Shown here one piece after another: positions 48,976-58,272 of a stretch of 64,000 bases of DNA; within the stretch, counting starts at the first letter, position 1; each line of letters begins with the position of its first letter. Source of the stretch: Escherichia coli (GTDB lineage: Bacteria; Pseudomonadota; Gammaproteobacteria; Enterobacterales; Enterobacteriaceae). The notes beneath the pieces are model-generated. The model worked only from the letters and a program-made list of their open reading frames with translations. It was not told where the DNA came from and did not search any database. The position numbers and the translations under genes were made by a program. The stretch is from assembly GCF_017348835.2 (NCBI RefSeq), contig NZ_CP072315.1; one strand, given 5' to 3'.

Positions 48976-49368
48976 ATGGACGATAAAGAGCAGTTTACGA
49001 ATCTTGTGGCAAAGCATGCCTCCGGACTCACCGAAGAGCAGCTGGCCGGGTACGATGCCTGTTCCCTGGATGGTGAATGCGTCACGCCTTCATACGAGGT
49101 TTTCCGGGGGTATCGTACCCGCCACACACTGGATGAATTTCTGGAGATGGCCATATCGCTGAATGCCATCCACCCGGATGAATATTTAACGGATATGCTG
49201 CTGAAGCCTCATGAGGTGATCGGCGCTCTGGCCGATGAAGGCGACCAGCTGAACAACGCCACCCCGGTTTATTTCTTTCCGGATACCGGCGTCTATGCAG
49301 CGGCCGTTAGTGAAACCCGGGTGCTCGATGCCTGGCTTTGCTGGCCATGCTACCCGGCGAACTGGTAA
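48976..49368 (+). CDS. Hypothetical protein (130 aa)
   Basis: ATG at 48976 with AAGGA RBS; track start 48937 is GTG. Confidence 0.45.
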   Translation: MDDKEQFTNLVAKHASGLTEEQLAGYDACSLDGECVTPSYEVFRGYRTRHTLDEFLEMAISLNAIHPDEYLTDMLLKPHEVIGALADEGDQLNNATPVYFFPDTGVYAAAVSETRVLDAWLCWPCYPANW

Positions 49369-49436
49369 CGCGGCCGTTGGAATTGCACCGGCCGGATACG
49401 AATTTAACCGATCCCGTGGCGGGAAGGCTATCAGAG

Positions 49437-49689
49437 TTGCATGTCCTCATCCCTCAAGCCCCCTGCCAGGCCCCAACGTGCTGTCAGGCTTCGCCTGATT
49501 CCCGATCTGCGCCGATACTTCAGCCGATAACTTTTTGTTTTCTTTTTATTTTCTTCCCATTTCCTCAAAAATCGCGGGCGGCGTGGACAGGGCACCATTG
49601 CCGCATGTGGGGTCTTAATAAGGGCAGGGTGGTCAGTTTTGCTCGATGCCATGGGTAGGCCCTCCCCTTCATGGGATGAGGACATGCAA
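49437..49689. repeat. Element bounded by perfect 17-bp terminal inverted repeats (MITE-like or large stem-loop)
   Basis: TTGCATGTCCTCATCCC at 49437-49453 and its exact reverse complement at 49673-49689, ~220 bp apart, with no convincing ORF inside. Confidence 0.5.
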
Positions 49690-49842
49690 GTAAGCTAACT
49701 ATCTGAAATGACGAAGGTTCATTTGGTGAATGTCGCTTCATATTAATGTTGTGTCACTTATGATCGTATGTAGCTGGTTGCAAAGAGGAGCGATGAGACA
49801 ATAAAGTTGTATCGCTAACAAGATTTATGCTGCCACATAGTA

Positions 49843-49941
49843 ACAGCCTAAAAGTTGTACGCCCTATTTAACAGCTTTTAGGCTGTTAATTTGATATTAC
49901 AGCTTTTAGGGTGTATGTTTAGGAAACAGCCTGCAAGGTGT
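49843..49941 (+). promoter_or_regulatory. Four evenly spaced operator-like repeats upstream of hipB
   Basis: ACAGC-N6-GTTGT (49843), ACAGC-ttttag-GCTGT (49871, perfect palindrome), ACAGC-ttttag-GGTGT (49899), ACAGC-ctgcaa-GGTGT (49926); spacing 27-28 bp, ending 28 nt before the hipB ATG. Confidence 0.6.
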
Positions 49942-49968
49942 ATCAGAGGAAACTACTGAGGCCAGCTT

Positions 49969-50265
49969 ATGATCAATAATGATTACCCGTTAAACACGCT
50001 CAACCAGCTGCGTCCCTTGCTCATTGGTTTTCGCAAGGCGAATGGCCTGACGCAAAAAGACCTGTCCGAAAGGTTAGGCGTCACTCAACAGACATACTCA
50101 CGTCTGGAAGCCAACCCTGCCAGTGCGAGCATTGAACGGCTATTCAAGGTGTTTTCCATCCTGGGCGTAAAAATCAGCTTCTCCTCGGCAACCACCTCTT
50201 CAGAGAGGAAGCAGACGGAAGAAATGCTTAAATCAAACTCACCTGCACGACAGGAGGATTGGTAA
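49969..50265 (+). CDS. hipB: HipB antitoxin (XRE-family HTH repressor)
   Basis: 98 aa; LIGFRKANGLTQKDLSERLGVTQQTYSRLEANP matches HipB helix-turn-helix; 4 nt upstream of hipA. Confidence 0.85.
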   Translation: MINNDYPLNTLNQLRPLLIGFRKANGLTQKDLSERLGVTQQTYSRLEANPASASIERLFKVFSILGVKISFSSATTSSERKQTEEMLKSNSPARQEDW

Positions 50266-50269
50266 CGAT

Positions 50270-51595
50270 ATGAGCCGGAAACAGCAACGTCTGGTAATTT
50301 GGATGAACGGCATCAAAGTCGGGTACTGGGAAAAAAGCAAAGGGGTAGACAGCTTAGAATACCTTCCTGAATGGGTTGCTGACGAACAGGGAAGGCCGCT
50401 GTCATTGTCCCTTCCTTTTACTCCCGGGAACCAGGTCTGGCGTGGAAATGTGGTACGTGACTATTTTGATAATTTACTGCCGGACAGCGAAGGCATACGC
50501 AGACGTCTGGCAATGCGTTACAAGGCCGATAGCCTGGAGCCTTTTGATCTGCTGACGGAGCTGGGAAAAGACTGCGTGGGCGCGATACAGCTGCTTCATG
50601 ACGGAGATGAACCCACTGATTTATATTCCGTGAAGTATCACCCGCTTACTGAATCAGAAATTGCGGCAACTTTGCGTAATACCACGGAGACATTGCTACC
50701 GGGCAGGCCAGAAGATAACGACGACTTACGTTTATCTATTGCCGGTGCTCAGGAGAAAACAGCCCTACTGTGGCATGAAGATCGGTGGTGTATGCCGGAG
50801 GGTAATACACCAACGACGCATATATTCAAGCTACCGCTCGGACTTGTGGGGAACATGAAAGCCGACATGAGCTCGTCGGTTGAAAATGAATGGCTCTGCT
50901 CGGTACTTCTCGGCCAGTACGGGCTCCCCGTGGCAAGAACGCAGATTGCTCACTTTGAAGATCAGAAAGCGCTGGTGGTAGAACGTTTTGACCGAAAATG
51001 GTCAGGAGACGGACAATGGATCATTCGTTTACCCCAGGAGGATATGTGTCAGGCCCTGGGCGTTTCGCCATTACGAAAATATCAGGCGGACGGCGGGCCA
51101 GGTATATCGGAAATTATGGAGGTTCTGAGTAATTCAGACCGTGCTGAGCGTGACAAAGCGCAGTTTTTTATGACGCAGATAATTTTCTGGATGATGGCCG
51201 CAACAGATGGCCACGCTAAAAATTTCAGTATTTCTATTGGGCCACAGGGACGTTATCACCTTACACCAAACTATGATGTGTTGTCGGCATGGCCGGTGAT
51301 CGGTCATGGGAACAATCAGATATCCTGGCAGAAGTGCAAACTGGCGATGGCCGTACGTGGCAGTAGCAACTATTACCAGATATATCGAATACAACGACGC
51401 CACTGGATCAGGCATGGTGAGATAACCGGCCTGAGTAAACAGCAGACAGAGGCGATGATAGAGGAAATCATCGCCAGAACCCCGGGTGTCATTGAACGTG
51501 TTAGCGGGCTTCTTCCGGACCAGTTCCCCCAGCAGCTTGCGGAAAGTATTTTTGATGGAATGAGGCAGCAATGCAGGCGCCTGGCTGAGAAATGA
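50270..51595 (+). CDS. hipA: HipA-family Ser/Thr kinase toxin
   Basis: 441 aa; blocks shared with E. coli HipA (PLSLSLP, FDNLLPDS, SIAGAQEKTALL, ATDGHAKNFS, RLPQEDMCQ). Confidence 0.9.
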   Translation: MSRKQQRLVIWMNGIKVGYWEKSKGVDSLEYLPEWVADEQGRPLSLSLPFTPGNQVWRGNVVRDYFDNLLPDSEGIRRRLAMRYKADSLEPFDLLTELGKDCVGAIQLLHDGDEPTDLYSVKYHPLTESEIAATLRNTTETLLPGRPEDNDDLRLSIAGAQEKTALLWHEDRWCMPEGNTPTTHIFKLPLGLVGNMKADMSSSVENEWLCSVLLGQYGLPVARTQIAHFEDQKALVVERFDRKWSGDGQWIIRLPQEDMCQALGVSPLRKYQADGGPGISEIMEVLSNSDRAERDKAQFFMTQIIFWMMAATDGHAKNFSISIGPQGRYHLTPNYDVLSAWPVIGHGNNQISWQKCKLAMAVRGSSNYYQIYRIQRRHWIRHGEITGLSKQQTEAMIEEIIARTPGVIERVSGLLPDQFPQQLAESIFDGMRQQCRRLAEK

Positions 51596-51655
51596 CAGCC
51601 GCAATTTATAGTGTGCATGTTTTCAGAATAGCTGATGTAAGCGTGAGGATTCAGT

Positions 51656-51862
51656 ATGACTGAAGAACAAAAAAGAATAGAGCGGGCTATTGAGTTGGCT
51701 TGTCGTTACGGCGGAACCGATGAAATGCATCATCTGCAATGGGTCGTGGATCAGATGGTAAGAGAACTTGCTGGAGAACGTTATGCACAGATTGTAGCTG
51801 ATGCCACCAGCGGAGAAGATGGGCCTGATACTTACAAATGGAGTGTTGGGATCGCGCCTTAA
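51656..51862 (+). CDS. Hypothetical small protein (68 aa)
   Basis: ORF only. Confidence 0.35.
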   Translation: MTEEQKRIERAIELACRYGGTDEMHHLQWVVDQMVRELAGERYAQIVADATSGEDGPDTYKWSVGIAP

Positions 51863-51963
51863 CAGCTGTCGGTCTGGGGGTGAAAACGTATTCTTCATTC
51901 AGCGAATTCCCAGGCTTCACATTAAGACTAAAGCGGCGGCCGCAGTAACGTAAGAGAAAATAA

Positions 51964-52374
51964 ATGGCTATTTTAGCAATCATTGCAGTTATCGCCCTGG
52001 GTGGGTACGCCTACGGATTTATTAAAACCCGTGAGCTGAGCGCTTTGCGTAAAGAAATGAAACTATACGTGGATCGCATGGAAGCGGCGGAGCTGGACTT
52101 ACACGCAATCAGAAGTGTAGCGGAGCACCGGTTGCACGGTGCAGGTAAACAGTTTGCCGACCTTTACAGCCGTATCGACGGTGCAACTGTGACGCTGACA
52201 CCCGAAGATCAGCTGTTACTGGCAACGATGCCATTTAATATTCAGGATGTAGAAGACATCGTAAACGAGCGCGGTCCAAAGACAATTAGCGGCCGTCCAT
52301 TCTGGGAAGTTGAGCCAGGCCCGCATGATTATGAATATGGCCCGCAATATCCGTATTTCCCAGACCAGCGCTAG
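51964..52374 (+). CDS. Hypothetical protein with N-terminal TM anchor
   Basis: MAILAIIAVIALGGYAYGFI hydrophobic N-terminus; 12 nt upstream of the HNH gene. Confidence 0.45.
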   Translation: MAILAIIAVIALGGYAYGFIKTRELSALRKEMKLYVDRMEAAELDLHAIRSVAEHRLHGAGKQFADLYSRIDGATVTLTPEDQLLLATMPFNIQDVEDIVNERGPKTISGRPFWEVEPGPHDYEYGPQYPYFPDQR

Positions 52375-52386
52375 GAAGAGATCAAG

Positions 52387-53202
52387 ATGAGAGAGCCAAG
52401 ACCACGCCATACCTTGCAGGTCATTCGTGTACCTTCTCTGGAGGTTCAGGACCTGGGGCTGACCAGCTTTGATAGCTGGCTTGACGAGCACGGGTATGAC
52501 AAAACGAATGCCAGAAATAACCGTACCATCTGGGCGAGAGAAGGCGGATGGCATCTGAAACGTTGCAGAAATCTTGAAACTGGCACGGACGATTTCTGGT
52601 TTATCGCTTTCGATGGTAAAGGCGGGAAGATTTACCCGCTGAAAACCCAAAGAGACTACCGGGCTGCATATCGTAAGCTGGAAGCAGAAGGTTATGCGCC
52701 TGCGGTCATCGAGCAAATGACCACAGGCGCAGCATATAACCTGGCCTATCCACGTTCCATCCTAAAACAAGCTGAGACGGCCACCAGCGAGCCAATTCGG
52801 AAACCTGACGTAGATATCCAGGGTGAGCACTGCGAGCGCGTAGTGACGCAACGTAGTGGCGTGGCACAGGGTAAATTCAAAGCTCTGCTCATCGAGAATT
52901 TCGCAGGCCGTTGTGCGGTAACCGGTTGGGTTAATGGAGGTGTCCTGGATGCGGCACACATTGAACATGGAACCCGGTACAATCCGTCTAATGGCATCCT
53001 GATGACTCCAACAATGCATGCGCTGTTTGATGCCGATCTTATGGGCATAGATCCGGCCACCCTGACCGTTCATTTTAAGCCAGGCATTGAGGTGGGCGAG
53101 CTGTTTGAAGGCCGTAAAATCACACCGCTGGTGTACGATCTGGACTTAGAGCGGCTGGCCGTACGCTGGGCAGAATACCAGGGCCTTGCTCAGGACCAAT
53201 GA
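52387..53202 (+). CDS. HNH-nuclease-domain protein
   Basis: C-terminal HNH-like signature GRCAVTGWVNGGVLDAAHIEHGTRYNPSNGILMTPTMHALFD; N-terminal ~150 aa unassigned. Confidence 0.6.
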   Translation: MREPRPRHTLQVIRVPSLEVQDLGLTSFDSWLDEHGYDKTNARNNRTIWAREGGWHLKRCRNLETGTDDFWFIAFDGKGGKIYPLKTQRDYRAAYRKLEAEGYAPAVIEQMTTGAAYNLAYPRSILKQAETATSEPIRKPDVDIQGEHCERVVTQRSGVAQGKFKALLIENFAGRCAVTGWVNGGVLDAAHIEHGTRYNPSNGILMTPTMHALFDADLMGIDPATLTVHFKPGIEVGELFEGRKITPLVYDLDLERLAVRWAEYQGLAQDQ

Positions 53203-53485
53203 AGGGTGACAGCCAGGTTGTGCCTAAACCTGGCAGTAAAACCTGCATGCCACAAACCTTTAAATTCTGACTCAAGAGCCTGGCACAAGATAAAAGCGAA
53301 ATGAAAAGGTTAAAACCGGTGCACCAGACCTCTTAGGTTTAATACCTGAGCCAGTATACTGGCAGTCTCAGGTAAGTGGGTATCATACACTTCAGAAATA
53401 TCCACACCGAGATAACCGCAACAGTTAAAGGGTGATGCTGCCAACTTACTGATTTAGTGTATGATGGTGTTTTTGAGGTGCTCCA

Positions 53486-53761
53486 GTGGCTTCTGTTTCT
53501 ATCAGCTGTCCCTCCTGTTCAGCTACTGACGGGGTGGTGCGTAACGGCAAAAGCACCGCCGGACATCAGCGCTATCTCTGCTCTCACTGCCGTAAAACAT
53601 GGCAACTGCAGTTCACTTACACCGCTTCTCAACCCGGTACGCACCAGAAAATCATTGATATGGCCATGAATGGCGTTGGATGCCGGGCAACCGCCCGCAT
53701 TATGGGCGTTGGCCTCAACACGATTTTCCGCCATTTAAAAAACTCAGGCCGCAGTCGGTAA
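53486..53761 (+). CDS. insA: IS1 InsA
   Basis: [42 protein letters not shown]..., canonical InsA. Confidence 0.9.
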   Translation: MASVSISCPSCSATDGVVRNGKSTAGHQRYLCSHCRKTWQLQFTYTASQPGTHQKIIDMAMNGVGCRATARIMGVGLNTIFRHLKNSGRSR

Positions 53762-54183
53762 CCTCGCGCATACAGCCGGGCAGTGACGTCATCGTCTGCG
53801 CGGAAATGGACGAACAGTGGGGATACGTCGGGGCTAAATCGCGCCAGCGCTGGCTGTTTTACGCGTATGACAGGCTCCGGAAGACGGTTGTTGCGCACGT
53901 ATTCGGTGAACGCACTATGGCGACGCTGGGGCGTCTTATGAGCCTGCTGTCACCCTTTGACGTGGTGATATGGATGACGGATGGCTGGCCGCTGTATGAA
54001 TCCCGCCTGAAGGGAAAGCTGCACGTAATCAGCAAGCGATATACGCAGCGAATTGAGCGGCATAACCTGAATCTGAGGCAGCACCTGGCACGGCTGGGAC
54101 GGAAGTCGCTGTCGTTCTCAAAATCGGTGGAGCTGCATGACAAAGTCATCGGGCATTATCTGAACATAAAACACTATCAATAA
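53680..54183 (+). CDS. insB: IS1 InsB reading frame (expressed as InsAB' transposase by -1 frameshift)
   Basis: Canonical InsB sequence (...[36 protein letters not shown]...). Confidence 0.9.
   Translation: MPGNRPHYGRWPQHDFPPFKKLRPQSVTSRIQPGSDVIVCAEMDEQWGYVGAKSRQRWLFYAYDRLRKTVVAHVFGERTMATLGRLMSLLSPFDVVIWMTDGWPLYESRLKGKLHVISKRYTQRIERHNLNLRQHLARLGRKSLSFSKSVELHDKVIGHYLNIKHYQ
53737..53743 (+). other. IS1 programmed -1 ribosomal frameshift motif A6C
   Basis: AAAAAAC inside the insA/insB overlap. Confidence 0.7.
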
Positions 54184-54226
54184 GTTGGAGTCATTACCGG
54201 AGAATTGTATCATTAACAGTCTAGTT

Positions 54227-54892
54227 CTAACGACTACCACTTTTAAGTATGTATTGAGCCAGTTTTATATTCAGGCACACCATATTGCACTCTAGCTCTT
54301 TCATCATTCTTGAAGAACTCTTAATTAAGTATTCTTCAAGTGGGCCAGCATATGCCCCTGATGTCACGATCGTTAGTTGCGTAAGAGGATGAGTCAAACT
54401 CTCAATGCCCTTCAGGATGTCATTCTGGACAGCAGCAATATAAACAGGCGAAGCCGCAATCAAATATTCATCATTCGGGCTGGACTGCATTAACTGGCTT
54501 ATAGTTGCGCAACGGTTATGCTTACCTAGTGATTTTGTGATGGCTTTCCACCAGAGATCATGCCTGAATGGTACTTGATGAAATGTCGCCTCGTAAGAGG
54601 GCACCCGATCTCGACTATTTAAAAACCCCATCCCGGCAGAGATTATCCACAACTCCAGATTTCTGGTTGAGTTTAAAATTTCCTTTGCCGTAGACCAGTG
54701 ATTACCTGAATACAAGGACAATGCCGGTACCGCCTGATTACTTCTGGCGTCGTCTACAATGTTACTCCAGGCATATGCTGCGTCGTCCGGGGTTTGTTTT
54801 GGATCTATGTCCAATGTCGGCCAGACGTGGCCCTGATGATTCTTGCCCTTTGTACAGGAAGTGATTAAGTGTACTGAGCGTTCAGAGAACAT
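54227..54892 (-). CDS. Hypothetical protein (221 aa)
   Basis: ORF only; no motif recognised. Confidence 0.45.
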   Translation of the reverse strand: MFSERSVHLITSCTKGKNHQGHVWPTLDIDPKQTPDDAAYAWSNIVDDARSNQAVPALSLYSGNHWSTAKEILNSTRNLELWIISAGMGFLNSRDRVPSYEATFHQVPFRHDLWWKAITKSLGKHNRCATISQLMQSSPNDEYLIAASPVYIAAVQNDILKGIESLTHPLTQLTIVTSGAYAGPLEEYLIKSSSRMMKELECNMVCLNIKLAQYILKSGSR

Positions 54893-54949
54893 TATCTTCC
54901 TTACATACCCATAGAACAGCTTTCTAAGAACGGTGGGCTCGCCTGAAAA

Positions 54950-55330
54950 TTACAAATCAGCCCCTTTCACGGCATCATTTTGATTCTTCGCGTCTGCCCC
55001 CAGTAAGATGACCGGTTTTCTGCATGACAGTGTTATTCCTAACAAACGCAACACAAAACCACGCCAGCCAGAGCAAATTTTTTCATTTGCTGCGTAAAGC
55101 CTATTGTTTTCTCTTTTAAGCTTCGCCCACTCGTTACAGAGGGTAACATCATCAAGCGCTGTTATATGCTTCGCCTCACCTTCGACGATAACGGTATGGA
55201 TACCGTATGCTGTAAATCTCATACTATTTTCCAGAACCCAGTTGCGGTATTCGTCGAGTCCACCTTCGGAACCGGTAGCTCTGCGCCACATTTCAATTTG
55301 CTTGTGTGATGGGTCAAGTGTACTTGTCAT
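54950..55330 (-). CDS. Hypothetical protein (126 aa)
   Basis: ORF only. Confidence 0.4.
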   Translation of the reverse strand: MTSTLDPSHKQIEMWRRATGSEGGLDEYRNWVLENSMRFTAYGIHTVIVEGEAKHITALDDVTLCNEWAKLKRENNRLYAANEKICSGWRGFVLRLLGITLSCRKPVILLGADAKNQNDAVKGADL

Positions 55331-55960
55331 TGAAGCCTCGTCTCAGCGATAACGCTTGAAATAGCCCGCTTTGGTCATCATGAAATTAGCCATCTGACTG
55401 GCGATTTGATTGTATCTTACTCATAGTGCCCTACCTATAGGTTAAAAAGGGGCATTTTCGCTTTATAGCGTGTTCAGCAGCATCAATCCTCCCAAGAAAG
55501 GCTGGCTTATTAAGCCGGTCCATCATTTTCTGTATATCTCTCATCAATTTTTATATCCGCCCTGGAGTGCACCGTTCAAGCACACCGATTAGGCAGATAG
55601 TCACTAGTTAACTCTTTACTAGTGACTAAATTCCATTGATATACGTGACAACGTCACGTCATGAAAGCTTATAAATGCCTATTTTTCATACAATGGGATT
55701 TAATTAGGAGTAAATCCCATAGGCTTACATAAGGATGACAATTAAAAGCGTTAAATATCAACCAGATAGAATGATTACCCCCAATTAATGGGCTCATCAC
55801 ATTATTTCACTGGCTGGGGTTATTGCTGGCATATCTGAAAGTGCTAATATGTTAGTCATTAGTAATTAGTAAAGCCTTTACTAAACGCGTTTCTACGTAA
55901 ATTCTATAGGTTTTATAGTGTCCTACCTTTGCTCAAATCAAAATGTTCTGACATACCAAA

Positions 55961-56791
55961 ATGGAGTGTAAAATGACTCAAAACCAGGGTTCTGAGCCAG
56001 TACCGGCGAGCCGGACAGGGCAGCTCATCAGCGCCCGGGATATGGCCATGCAGAAATTCGAAGAAGGGATGCGGTTAATCTCGGAAGCGTCGGAACTGTG
56101 CGGTCTCTCTCTCTTCACCAGCAGAATTATGCAGCCCAACGCATTTGGTCTTCCGTCGTCACTGGATCGCACCATCGAGGAGGGGCGTAAGGAAATTGAC
56201 CGTAAAACGTGGAAAAGGCTCTTTGAAGAAACAGGTATGGACCGGTACTGGAACCATAAGCAAAAAGAAGCCTTTAACGAATCCCTTCGTACGGATCCGC
56301 CCGTCGCTTCCCTGGAGATTGTTAAGGGAACATTACAGCATGCACTGGCTAACAGACGAGACACCCTTGCAGAAGGTTTCGTTGATGTTCTCAACAAGCT
56401 TGACCGAAGTTTCAAAAGCAATGCCAGGCAATATACAATGCCAAAAAAGCTTGTTCTTCGGGGGATTTTTCCTGGTGTGAACGTGCTGAGGTACAACGGT
56501 TTCTCGCAGGACAATCACTTTTGTTTACGCGACTTTGAGAATATTGTATGCATCTGTTCTGATACTCCAACACCTGCAACCGGCGGTGGGCTGAGTATGG
56601 TCGACAGGCTGACGGCCATGAGAAATACAGAATTCACAGGCGAGGTCAGTGATGAGAATGGCTGGCGGTGTCGCCTGTTTGAGAATGGAAACGTTCATAT
56701 TTGCATCGACAGTATCTCGCTTCTGAATGCTCTGAACGATCTTATCAGCATATATTTTGCAAACCAGCTTCCGGCCGCAGGAAAAAAATGA
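55961..56791 (+). CDS. Hypothetical protein (276 aa)
   Basis: ORF whose stop overlaps the start of the next gene (ATGA); no motif recognised. Confidence 0.5.
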   Translation: MECKMTQNQGSEPVPASRTGQLISARDMAMQKFEEGMRLISEASELCGLSLFTSRIMQPNAFGLPSSLDRTIEEGRKEIDRKTWKRLFEETGMDRYWNHKQKEAFNESLRTDPPVASLEIVKGTLQHALANRRDTLAEGFVDVLNKLDRSFKSNARQYTMPKKLVLRGIFPGVNVLRYNGFSQDNHFCLRDFENIVCICSDTPTPATGGGLSMVDRLTAMRNTEFTGEVSDENGWRCRLFENGNVHICIDSISLLNALNDLISIYFANQLPAAGKK

Positions 56792-57993
56792 TGATTGAAA
56801 ATGATAAAGAAAAAAGCCTGAACGATGCTACCCCGCCAGAGGTGCAGAATGACATCCGCAGCGAATCCACTGAAAAATCAAAGGAAATGGGTCGTTCAAG
56901 GTACTCATCTATCGCGATGATCGATTACTTCAATGCAATCGAACGTCTGTGCAAAGAGAAAGAAATTAACCCGGAAAATATCGATCTGAGCTTCAAAGTT
57001 CACTGGCTCAGAAACGCTGTTGGCGGCTCGTTTGCAAGGTCACAGGAGATGTTCGCGGAGTACCAGAAGTATGTTAAAGAGGTTCCTGAAGAGGCCCGTT
57101 ACCTGGATATACCCGATGAGGTAAAGGTTGCACTCGGCGATATTATCTCGTACATCACCTGGCACTACCGTAGAAGCTATACCGCAATACAGAATGATAG
57201 TGTTAAAAAAGCTGAAGCACGTAGCATGCAGCTGGAGGAGGAGGTAACGCAGCTGTTACAGCGGCTTGAGCAAAGCGCTACCGATATGGATGAGCTGAAA
57301 CTTGAGAATCAGGCACTACAGGGTCGATTAGAGATCCGGGACAGTACCGTCAAGGAGTTAGAAACAAGGCTGAATGTTGCCGAAGCAGAACTCGAAACCT
57401 GCCATCACCAGTTAGATAGCACACGGCATGAATTGAGCCTCGCACAGCAGTCAAATGACTCACTCTCCCAGCAACTGGCTGAACGTAAAACAGAGATCGC
57501 TGGTCACCTTGAATATCAAAAAAAGCTGAACGAAGAGATCAACACGCAGCGTTCTGATAACGCCGGTCTTTCCAGACAATGCGACCAGTTAAGTCAGACT
57601 GTGTCAGATACAAAGGCAGAGAGGGACAGGTTTGAACAGGAATTGATTGCTGCACAGAACCTTTGTACTGAGCTGAAAAGTGCACTGTCCGGGAAAGAGG
57701 GTGACCTGGTGGCGGTGAATGCCGAGCTTACTGAACTCCATAAACTAAACGAGTCGCTGAGCGCCGACCTGAATAAAGTAACTTTGGTCAGCCAGGGCTA
57801 TGAAGCGGAAGTGGCTGAACAAAGCAATGAACTCAAAACGCTCCAGGCCAAAGTAATGAAGCTGGAAGCTACCCTGGAGGCGGAGAAAACAATCTCAGAA
57901 TCCCTAAAAGGCACCATTGATACATTAACTGGTGCAATGGCAGGGGGAGGTACTGGAAAGTCAAAACAGCCGCGTAGCAGAAAAACATCATGA
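56788..57993 (+). CDS. Coiled-coil protein, KfrA-like (tentative)
   Basis: N-terminal globular region followed by ~250 aa of heptad-like Q/E/L-rich sequence and a basic tail (GKSKQPRSRKTS); resemblance to KfrA is architectural only. Confidence 0.4.
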   Translation: MMIENDKEKSLNDATPPEVQNDIRSESTEKSKEMGRSRYSSIAMIDYFNAIERLCKEKEINPENIDLSFKVHWLRNAVGGSFARSQEMFAEYQKYVKEVPEEARYLDIPDEVKVALGDIISYITWHYRRSYTAIQNDSVKKAEARSMQLEEEVTQLLQRLEQSATDMDELKLENQALQGRLEIRDSTVKELETRLNVAEAELETCHHQLDSTRHELSLAQQSNDSLSQQLAERKTEIAGHLEYQKKLNEEINTQRSDNAGLSRQCDQLSQTVSDTKAERDRFEQELIAAQNLCTELKSALSGKEGDLVAVNAELTELHKLNESLSADLNKVTLVSQGYEAEVAEQSNELKTLQAKVMKLEATLEAEKTISESLKGTIDTLTGAMAGGGTGKSKQPRSRKTS

Positions 57994-58056
57994 TAAATGA
58001 AGCCAGGTTGATACACTTCTCTGCATCCCCTGGCACATAAGAACTTCTGCGGACAT

Positions 58057-58260
58057 TCAGCCCGTCCGCAGGAGTTTTCGTCCTTCAGTCAACAAATGCA
58101 CTACCTTTTTTGAGTCTCCACTTTCCAGAGCAGAAAACACGTTACCGATTCTACCAACAGCTTGTATCTGAGTGATAACCCCAGTCTTGTAATCATCTAG
58201 GATCCCTGACAGGAAAGCGTTCAGTTTTGTCTGTTCGCTTAGCGAAAGCATGTAGGACAT
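58057..58260 (-). CDS. Hypothetical small protein (67 aa)
   Basis: ORF only. Confidence 0.3.
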   Translation of the reverse strand: MSYMLSLSEQTKLNAFLSGILDDYKTGVITQIQAVGRIGNVFSALESGDSKKVVHLLTEGRKLLRTG

Positions 58261-58272
58261 TTTTTCTCCATT

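Larger units (their letters stand above)
53431..54198 (+). mobile_element. IS1 insertion sequence (768 bp, complete)
   Basis: Left end GGTGATGCTGCCAACTTACTGAT and right end ...ATCAATAAGTTGGAGTCATTACC, insA/insB frames and A6C frameshift site all present. Confidence 0.95.

Noticed and set aside
49338-49685. Track ORFs 49338-49658 (+) and 49431-49685 (-) as coding genes
   Set aside because: They lie within the inverted-repeat-bounded element, have Pro/Arg-rich low-complexity translations and no RBS; more likely non-coding.
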